Shown here one piece after another: positions 57,546-64,000 of a DNA stretch of 64,000 nt. Both the position numbers and the translations under genes were made by a program. The stretch is from an uncultured Planctomycetota bacterium. Its GTDB lineage: Bacteria; Planctomycetota; Phycisphaerae; SM23-33. The stretch covers positions 1,347 to 65,346 of the forward strand of contig CAITIS010000067.1 of NCBI GenBank assembly GCA_903892515.1. The letters are read 5' to 3'. Each line of letters starts with the position of its first letter. The stretch's first letter is position 1. The notes beneath the pieces were generated by a model. It had not been told where the DNA came from. It searched no databases and worked only from the letters and a program-made list of their open reading frames with translations.

Positions 57546-58604
57546 ATGGCGTTACAAGTTCCACCACTGTTGATCGGCAGCATTCGCGTCGACCCGCCGG
57601 GCATTCTGGCCTCGCTGGCGGGGTACACCGACCTGCCCTACCGGCTGCTGTGCCGCAGCCTGGACGCCACTTTTTGCGCCACCGAAATGATGCTGGACCG
57701 TCAGCTCCTGCTGCCTGGCCGGCTGCGAAATCGGCTGGTGCACACCGACCCGGCCGATCATCCCGTCAGCGGCCAGATCATCGGCAACGATCCGGCCGTC
57801 ATGGCCAAGGCGGCCGTCGAGCTGCAAAAGTGCGGCTTTGATGCGGTGGATATGAACTTTGCCTGCCCGGTGCGCAAGGTTCTCCAGCGTCACCGGGGCG
57901 GCTACCTGATGCAGGATTGCGACAAGACGCTCGAAATCATCCGGGCGGTCACGGCCTCCGTCAGCATTCCCGTTACGGTCAAGATTCGCATGGGCTTCGC
58001 CGCCACCGATGTCGGCAGCGAGCATTTCTGGGCCATTGCCGAGGGCGGCTTTGACGCCGGCCTGGCGGGGCTGATCATCCACGCCCGCACCGTCGAGCAG
58101 CGTTACACCGGCAAGGCCGACTGGGAGTTCCTGGCCAAGGTCAAGCAGCACTTTGCGGACAAGGTGATCGTCGGCTCGGGCGACGTGACAGGACCGGCCG
58201 CCGCCGAGCGGATGCTGCAAGAGACGGGCGTCAACGGCGTTAGCTTTGCCCGCGCGGCCTTGGGGAACCCGTGGATATTCCGCCAGTTCGCCGACCAACT
58301 CGCCGGCAGGCCGCTGTACAAGCCGGGCCTGGCGGAACAGCGTGAGCGGTTGCGGCGGCACTTTGAGTCCGTGGTGGAGCTGTACGGCGTCCGGCGCGGG
58401 CCCAAGATGATGCGCAAATTCGGCATCAAGTACGCCCGGCTGCACCCGACGCCCGGCAAGGTCCGCGCCGCCTTCATCGGCGTCCGCACCGGTTCGCAGT
58501 GGCGGGCCATTCTGGATGAGTTCTACAGTGACGACTTCGATGCCTCAGCCATCACCGACGCGCCGGGCATCACGACCGAGGACGACGTTTCGGAGGAAGA
58601 ATGA
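57546..58604 (+). CDS. dus: tRNA-dihydrouridine synthase
   Basis: LAGYTDLPYRLLCR...FDAVDMNFACPVRKV...KIRMG (Dus FMN TIM-barrel). Confidence 0.85.
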   Translation: MALQVPPLLIGSIRVDPPGILASLAGYTDLPYRLLCRSLDATFCATEMMLDRQLLLPGRLRNRLVHTDPADHPVSGQIIGNDPAVMAKAAVELQKCGFDAVDMNFACPVRKVLQRHRGGYLMQDCDKTLEIIRAVTASVSIPVTVKIRMGFAATDVGSEHFWAIAEGGFDAGLAGLIIHARTVEQRYTGKADWEFLAKVKQHFADKVIVGSGDVTGPAAAERMLQETGVNGVSFARAALGNPWIFRQFADQLAGRPLYKPGLAEQRERLRRHFESVVELYGVRRGPKMMRKFGIKYARLHPTPGKVRAAFIGVRTGSQWRAILDEFYSDDFDASAITDAPGITTEDDVSEEE

Positions 58605-60217
58605 TGACTCGACCGATGTTGCTGGCCATGGCCTGCCTGTTGCCTTCCCTGCTGGCCGCACAGACCGCCACGGTGCCCTCGCGGCTGAACGTTTCGCCCG
58701 CTGTGAGCACACCCGCTGCGCCGGCATCGAGCCGGGCCGTGGCGACTTCGCGAGTGGCCACGTCGCTTCCGGCCAGCGTGCCGACTTCACGGGCGTCATC
58801 GGACAAGCAGGTGCAGTACTACGTCCTGCTGCTCAACGCTAAGAAGGTGGGATATCTCGTTCACAAGCGGCAGGTCGAGGGCGAGAAGGTCACCACCACC
58901 GAGATGCTCGAAATCACCATGAGCCGGAGCAAGACCCCCGTCACGATCACGGAAAAGGACATCTGCGTTGAGTCCTCCGACGGCACGCCGCTGTCGTTTC
59001 AGACCTTCCAGTCTTTAGGCGGTGCGACGCAGCAGGTCGAGGGCACGGTCGAAGGCGGCAAGATTCGCCTGCTGCTCAACTCTGGAACCGCGCAGACGCG
59101 GCAGGAAATGCCTTGGCCGCAAGGCGCGATGATGCCTGAGGGGCTTCGGCTCTTGCAGCTTTCCAAAGGCCTGGCCGAGGGCACGAGCTACGCTGTCCGC
59201 TCCTTCCTGCCTTCGAGCCTGACGGCCATCGACACGCAGGTTACCGTCGGCAAGAAGGTCGATGTGGACGTGCTGGGGCAGAAGATCCAGGCGTGGGAAA
59301 TCAAGGACGTGAGCGAGAGCATCGCCGGCGGGCTGAGCATGACCAGCTACGTCAATGACGAGATGGACATTCTCCGCAGTTCCATGCCGATGGCGGGGCT
59401 GAAGGTCGAGGTCGTGGCCGCGACGCGGGCCATCGCCCTGGCGAGGCCTGAAGTCTTCGAGGCCTTCGACTCGCTGGCTGTGGCCAGTCCCAGCCCGCTG
59501 CCAATCACTAAGGAGACGCCCTCGGCCACGTATGTGCTCCAGGCCGAGAAGGACCAGAAGCTTTCGCTCGTGGAGTCGGATTACCAGTCGGTGCGCTACG
59601 ACGAAGCCGCCGGCGTCAGCACCGTCACGGTCAGGAACGCCAAGCCCGAAGGCGATTACTACCTGCCCTACCAGGAGCAGGACGCCGAGGCCCTCAAGGC
59701 AATGGGCCCCTCACGCTACCTCCAGAGCGACGATGAGACGGTCCGGCAACTGGCGGAGCAGGCCGTTGGCGAGACCGCGCTGGCTTCGGAAGCGGCGGCC
59801 AAGCTGGAGGCGTTCGTCGCCCAGTACATCACCAAGAAGGATCTCTCTGTGGGGTACGCATCGGCCGCTGACGTAGCCAGGGGCCGCGAGGGCGACTGCA
59901 CCGAGCACGCCGTGCTGCTGGCGGCCATGTGCCGGGCGGTGGGCTTGCCGGCCCGCGTGTCCTGCGGCGTGGTGTATGTGCCGACCTGGCAGCAGAAGAA
60001 GGACGTATTCCTGCCGCACGCGTGGGTGGAGGCGTACATCGGCAAGGAGTGGGTTTGCCTGGATGCGGCCTTGCACGGTTTCGACGTGGGCCACATCGCC
60101 TTTTGCCACGGCGATGGCAACCCCGAGAGCTTTTTCGGCATCATCAACACGCTGGGCAACTTCAAGATCGTATCAGCCAGCGTGGAGAAAACGGCCAGTT
60201 CGGAGCCGGCGCAGTGA
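58601..60217 (+). CDS. Secreted transglutaminase-like cysteine protease superfamily protein
   Basis: Signal peptide plus Thr/Ser/Pro-rich linker. C-terminal GDCTEHAVLLAAMCRAVGLPARV...HAWVEAYIG...CLDAALH (Cys-His-Asp core). Confidence 0.7.
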   Translation: MMTRPMLLAMACLLPSLLAAQTATVPSRLNVSPAVSTPAAPASSRAVATSRVATSLPASVPTSRASSDKQVQYYVLLLNAKKVGYLVHKRQVEGEKVTTTEMLEITMSRSKTPVTITEKDICVESSDGTPLSFQTFQSLGGATQQVEGTVEGGKIRLLLNSGTAQTRQEMPWPQGAMMPEGLRLLQLSKGLAEGTSYAVRSFLPSSLTAIDTQVTVGKKVDVDVLGQKIQAWEIKDVSESIAGGLSMTSYVNDEMDILRSSMPMAGLKVEVVAATRAIALARPEVFEAFDSLAVASPSPLPITKETPSATYVLQAEKDQKLSLVESDYQSVRYDEAAGVSTVTVRNAKPEGDYYLPYQEQDAEALKAMGPSRYLQSDDETVRQLAEQAVGETALASEAAAKLEAFVAQYITKKDLSVGYASAADVARGREGDCTEHAVLLAAMCRAVGLPARVSCGVVYVPTWQQKKDVFLPHAWVEAYIGKEWVCLDAALHGFDVGHIAFCHGDGNPESFFGIINTLGNFKIVSASVEKTASSEPAQ

Positions 60218-60246
60218 AGCATGCGTCACGCAGCCGGTAGATGTTA

Positions 60247-60341
60247 ATCGCGTGGCCGCTGGACGCCGCGGCCACGGCACCCGGCGTCACGTGGTGGCAC
60301 AGCCTTTCAGGCTGTGCCGCACAGGCTAAAAGCCTGTGCCA
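60247..60341 (+). repeat. Composite repeat: family-3 hairpin (60247-60280) directly followed by a family-2 twin hairpin (60292-60341)
   Basis: cgcgtggccgctggacgccgcggccacggcaccc ... gtggcacagcc-tttca-ggctgtgcc + gcacaggc-taaaa-gcctgtgc + cacc. Confidence 0.7.
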
Positions 60342-60389
60342 CCTCACCCAGAAACTACAAAAGTTTCCTTAGCTGGACCGCGAGTTCGT

Positions 60390-61745
60390 TCACTCCGCCT
60401 GCACGGGTTCGACCACGAGATCGTAGTCGCGGATATCCACGACGCGGGCGCGGATGATCGTGCCGACCTCAGCGGGCTCGGTGATGTGGCAGATGCCATC
60501 GACCTCCGGCGCCTGGCCAGCGTGCCGGCCGGTGCCCAAACCTTCACCTTGGTCAGGGTCAGGCTGTGACTCCACCAGCACGTCCAGCTCGGTGTCCATG
60601 CGGGCCCAGTTCAGGTCGAAGGCCACCTTCTGCTGTTCGCGCATGAGCTTGTCGCGGCGGCGCTGGCTGATCCTGATGGGAATCTGGTTGGGCAGCCGGG
60701 CCGCCGGCGTGCCGGGCTCAGCGGAGTACGGGAAGACCCCCACCGCGTCGAAGCGTGCGGTCTTGACGAACTCCATAAGCTGATCGTAATCGGCGATGGC
60801 CTCGCCGGGAAAACCCGCGATGAAGGTTGTGCGAATGATGATGCCGGGCATGGCTCGCCGCAGCCGCGCGAGCAAGTCCACCACCCTCTGGCCGTTGTAG
60901 TGCCGGTTCATGCGGGTCAGAATCTTGTCGGAGATATGCTGCAGCGGGATGTCCAGGTACTTCACCACCCGCTCGCACTCGGACATGGCGGCAACCATTT
61001 CGTCGGTCATGGTGGCGGGGTTGGCGTACATGACGCGAATCCACCGCACCGACTCGATCTCGTTGAGCTTGCGCAGCAGCACGGCCAGGTTCGTGCCCTC
61101 GCTGCCGGGGGCGGCTGTGCCACGGTCGGTGAGGTCTTGGCCGTAGGCCGAGGTGTCCTGGCCGATCAGGTTCAGTTCGATGGCACCGTCGGCGGCCAGT
61201 TCCTTGGCTTCTTCCAGTACGTCCGGCAGCGGCTTGGAACGCAGCGGCCCACGGATCGACGGGATCGTGCAATAGCTGCACCCGGAGCTGCACCCCTCGC
61301 TGATGCGGAGATAGGCCATGTGCCGCGGGGTCAGGCGCAAGCGGCCGCGGTCGTCCTGGCAGCCTTGGTGGTCCTTGGTGACGCCGCTGCGGAGCTTGCC
61401 CATCACGGCCGGTACGATCTTGTCGCGGTCGAAGACGCCCACGATGGCGTCGATGCCCGGCTCGGCCTTGAGCAGCTCATCGGCCTGCTTCTGGGCCAGG
61501 CAGCCGGCCACCACCACGCGTTGGACGCGGAACTTCTTCTTGGCCCGCACGGCCTCACGAATGGCCTGCATCGACTCTTCGCGGGCCGACTCGATGAACG
61601 CGCAGGTGTTCACCAGCACCACGTCGGCCTGCTTGAGCGGGGCGCCAATGACGCACCCGGCCTCGGCCAGCAGCCCCAGCAACTTCTCGCTGTCCACAAG
61701 GTTCTTGGGGCAGCCCAACGACATAACCGCAATTCGTAAAGACAT
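60390..61745 (-). CDS. rimO: Ribosomal protein S12 methylthiotransferase
   Basis: MTTase N-terminal domain (MSLGCPKNLVDSE). Radical SAM CSSGCSYC. C-terminal TRAM domain. Confidence 0.9.
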   Translation of the reverse strand: MSLRIAVMSLGCPKNLVDSEKLLGLLAEAGCVIGAPLKQADVVLVNTCAFIESAREESMQAIREAVRAKKKFRVQRVVVAGCLAQKQADELLKAEPGIDAIVGVFDRDKIVPAVMGKLRSGVTKDHQGCQDDRGRLRLTPRHMAYLRISEGCSSGCSYCTIPSIRGPLRSKPLPDVLEEAKELAADGAIELNLIGQDTSAYGQDLTDRGTAAPGSEGTNLAVLLRKLNEIESVRWIRVMYANPATMTDEMVAAMSECERVVKYLDIPLQHISDKILTRMNRHYNGQRVVDLLARLRRAMPGIIIRTTFIAGFPGEAIADYDQLMEFVKTARFDAVGVFPYSAEPGTPAARLPNQIPIRISQRRRDKLMREQQKVAFDLNWARMDTELDVLVESQPDPDQGEGLGTGRHAGQAPEVDGICHITEPAEVGTIIRARVVDIRDYDLVVEPVQAE

Positions 61746-61781
61746 AGGCCCGATATAGTACGTTCAGAGTGCCAGGGGGAT

Positions 61782-61980
61782 ACAACGTTTTCGTGTGTGG
61801 CTCAGCACTTGTCGTGCCCAACTCCGATTATCAAACGGCCCGAAGGTTCCGGTTCATCGGCGAGGTGCCATAGGCTGAGCCGACTTCGCGTTGTCTTGCG
61901 AAGACGGGGCGGCCTATGCGAACGGTCACATAGGTAGAGCCGCAACTTCGCGGCTCAACCTATGGCACCCAACGTTTTCG
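61782..61980. other. Structured intergenic element: 11-bp direct repeat CAACGTTTTCG flanking a 175-bp segment containing a cloverleaf-like fold (8-bp outer stem enclosing three 6-bp hairpins)
   Basis: Outer stem gccatagg/cctatggc. Inner hairpins cttcgc-gttgtctt-gcgaag, cctatg-cgaacggtca-catagg, agccgc-aacttc-gcggct. Direct repeats at 61783-61793 and 61970-61980. Confidence 0.45.
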
Positions 61981-62005
61981 CGGGTTCGGCTGGCTTCACA
62001 GAAGC

Positions 62006-63004
62006 TCACCACTCCTCCAGTTCTCCGACGATCTCTTCGACCAGGTCCTTCACCGTCACCAGCCCGGTGCATTTGCCCTCGGCGTTGCGAATGAAGGCGA
62101 TGCTCTGATGACGCCGCTGCATCTCCAGCAAGGCCTCGAAGATGCCCCGATCCTGCGAAAGGAAATGGGCCGGCGTCAGGAAGCTGACCGGCGGAATTTC
62201 CGCCTCCTCCAGCAGCACATCGTAGATATTCAGCACGCCGATGATGTTCTCGCGCGGGCCCGAGTGCACGCCCACGCGCGGGTGGTTGTAGCGAGACAGC
62301 AGGTCGCGCAGCTCGTCTCGCGTCACGGCCTGGCTCACCAAGACCGCCTTGTCCAGCGGCACCATCGAGTGCGACAGGCTCATCTGGCGAATGTTGATGA
62401 CCCGCTCGGCCATGATGGACTGCGTATGCGTCAGCACGCCGCTGGCGCGGCCTTCGGCCAGGATGCCCGCAAGGTGGCTGCCGCGGGCCAGCGGGCTCTC
62501 CAGCCGGCCGAGCTTGCGGCCAGCCAGTCTCAGCACGCCCCACATCGCCACGTTGACCAGTGCCGCCAACCCGGTCGCGGTGAACACCCATTTTCCAAAC
62601 GTCAGGAATCGGCCCAGGGCGTACGTCAGCGTCTCGGCGTGCCGGTGGAACAGGTTCTTGGGCAGCAGCTCGCAGAAGATGAAGATCAGCGGCGTGAGGA
62701 TCAGCATTGCCTGCCACTCGGGATGCCGCCAGCCCGAATGCGTCAGCAGCAGCACCATGCCGGCTGAACTGAGGTAGTTGCCCACGCTGTTGGACAGCAG
62801 CAGCACGGCCAGGGCTTCTCCGGGCCGGAGCAGCGACAGCCGCAGCCGCCGTGCCGTCTTGGCCCCAGATTCGGCCCGGAGATCCAGCCGGATCTTGTTG
62901 ATGACGTAGATTCCCGTCTCCATGCCGCTGGAGATGAACGAAATGGCCGTCCCCGCCGCCAGGGCCGCCCAGCCGACCGCATCTGTCAACCAGGAAGCCG
63001 TCAT
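62006..63004 (-). CDS. CNNM/HlyC-CorC family protein (DUF21 TM domain plus CBS pair; no CorC_HlyC tail)
   Basis: TM N-terminus then a CBS pair (...IMAERVINIRQMSLSHSMVPLDKAVLVSQ...). ATG at 63002-63004. Confidence 0.65.
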   Translation of the reverse strand: MTASWLTDAVGWAALAAGTAISFISSGMETGIYVINKIRLDLRAESGAKTARRLRLSLLRPGEALAVLLLSNSVGNYLSSAGMVLLLTHSGWRHPEWQAMLILTPLIFIFCELLPKNLFHRHAETLTYALGRFLTFGKWVFTATGLAALVNVAMWGVLRLAGRKLGRLESPLARGSHLAGILAEGRASGVLTHTQSIMAERVINIRQMSLSHSMVPLDKAVLVSQAVTRDELRDLLSRYNHPRVGVHSGPRENIIGVLNIYDVLLEEAEIPPVSFLTPAHFLSQDRGIFEALLEMQRRHQSIAFIRNAEGKCTGLVTVKDLVEEIVGELEEW

Positions 63005-64000
63005 CGCTTGCCCTCGTCGAGTTGCACGCGCAGGCGGGCGATGCGCCGCCGCCGCATGGCCTCTATCGTGAAGACGACGTTGTGATAGCGCACACTCTGG
63101 CCCACGCGCGGAATGTCGCCCAGCAGGCTCAGCACAAAGCCGCCGATGGTGCTGTAGCGGGCCCCGCTCAGTTCCGTCGGAAAAGCTTCGATCCACTCGT
63201 GAATGGGCATGTCGCCGTTGACCATCCACTGGCGCGGGCCCAGGGGCTGGACCATCGGCTGCTCAGTCTCGCGCTCATCGGCGATGTCGCCAACCAGTTC
63301 CTCCAGAATGTCTTCGAGCGTGACCATACCGGCCGTGCCGCCGTACTCATCGACCACGATGGCGACCTGCGTCCGCGTGGCGCGAAATTGCAGCAGCACC
63401 GTCTCCAGGGCGGCGGTTTCGGGCACGAATGGCACCACCACGACCATTTCACGCAAACTTTGGCCGGGCGACGTGAGCATCCGCTTGGCGTACACGACGC
63501 CGATCATGTGATCCAGGTTGCCCTCGTACACCGGCAGTTTCGTCATGCGCCGCCGGCGGACGATCTCCAGCGGCGCCGCCACCGGCTGATTGACTTCGAC
63601 GGCCACCATGTCCACGCGCGGCACCATGATGTTGCCCGCGCGCAGGTCGGTCAGTTCGAGCACCTCTTGCAGCAGGGCCGTCTCGTTCTTGCCGATGAGC
63701 CCGCGTTTCTGCGACAGCGTCAGCAGCGATTCCATCTCCTCGGCCGTCAGGTCGCCGCGTCGGCTCCTGGGCGGGGCGATCAGCCGTGTCAGCGGATTAA
63801 CGATCATCGCCGCCAGAAAGCGGTGCAGCGGTTGCACGAGTCGGCACAGCATCAAGATTACGGGAGCGGCCGCTTCGGCCAGCCGGCGCGGATACAGATA
63901 CGCCACGCTCTTGGGAATGATCTCGCCGAACAGCACCAACGCCAGCAGCGACGCCACTGCCCCCACGCCCGACCACACCGCGCCGTGCCGGACCTCGTGC
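63001..64000 (-). CDS. CNNM/HlyC-CorC family protein (DUF21-CBS-CorC_HlyC), N-terminus beyond the window
   Basis: GEIIPKS... CBS pair. C-terminal transporter-associated domain (ARYSTIGGFVLSLLGDIPRVGQSV...). Confidence 0.7.
   Translation of the reverse strand, partial: HEVRHGAVWSGVGAVASLLALVLFGEIIPKSVAYLYPRRLAEAAAPVILMLCRLVQPLHRFLAAMIVNPLTRLIAPPRSRRGDLTAEEMESLLTLSQKRGLIGKNETALLQEVLELTDLRAGNIMVPRVDMVAVEVNQPVAAPLEIVRRRRMTKLPVYEGNLDHMIGVVYAKRMLTSPGQSLREMVVVVPFVPETAALETVLLQFRATRTQVAIVVDEYGGTAGMVTLEDILEELVGDIADERETEQPMVQPLGPRQWMVNGDMPIHEWIEAFPTELSGARYSTIGGFVLSLLGDIPRVGQSVRYHNVVFTIEAMRRRRIARLRVQLDEGKR

Noticed and set aside
61860-61965. tRNA or tRNA-like gene suggested by the cloverleaf topology
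   Set aside because: The arms are 6 bp with 6-10-nt loops and the total length is ~95 nt. There is no GTTCRA T-loop, no 7-nt anticodon loop and no CCA or discriminator context.

Overview
This 64 kb window is high-GC (about 65%) bacterial chromosomal DNA, gene-dense on both strands and mostly core metabolism. The gene content and repeat style (Gly/Thr-linker multiheme cytochrome, abundant GC-rich hairpin repeats) suggest a Planctomycetota/PVC-like organism; that placement is tentative.

**Housekeeping genes recognised:** hisS, rnpA-yidD, pckG (GTP-PEPCK), ribD, smpB, two tandem Hsp20 genes, lexA, dapF, coaX, obg-rpmA, dnaA, nth, dus, rimO.

**Metabolic and accessory loci:**
- An EPS-type glycosylation cluster: GT4 glycosyltransferase, WbaP-like phosphotransferase, polytopic membrane protein.
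- An Rrf2-regulated nitrosative/oxidative stress operon: Rrf2 regulator, ferredoxin, hcp, tpx, rubredoxin.
- An MrfA/MrfB-like helicase-exonuclease pair just upstream of a menaquinone (mqn) radical-SAM gene and lexA.
- A 12-heme modular cytochrome c built from near-identical tandem mono-haem modules.
- An unusual 1581-aa fusion of an indolepyruvate/2-oxoacid:ferredoxin oxidoreductase with a GltD-like NAD(P)H flavoprotein.

**Most striking non-coding signal:** several families of GC-rich hairpin (REP-like) repeats are dispersed through intergenic regions.
- A REP hairpin sits immediately 3' of a RAYT-like (IS200/Y1-type) transposase homologue whose HUH motif appears degenerate.
- A twin-hairpin family shows compensatory stem substitutions between copies.
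- A roughly 90-bp hairpin element is inserted in-frame inside the GT4 glycosyltransferase, together with a 4x 24-bp tandem repeat.
- A cloverleaf-like element is flanked by an 11-bp direct repeat.

Candidate regulatory sites include a perfect palindrome overlapping the lexA -10 box and a 20-bp dyad at the rrf2 start.

All annotations are by-eye motif and family recognition from the ORF translations. No database searches were run.
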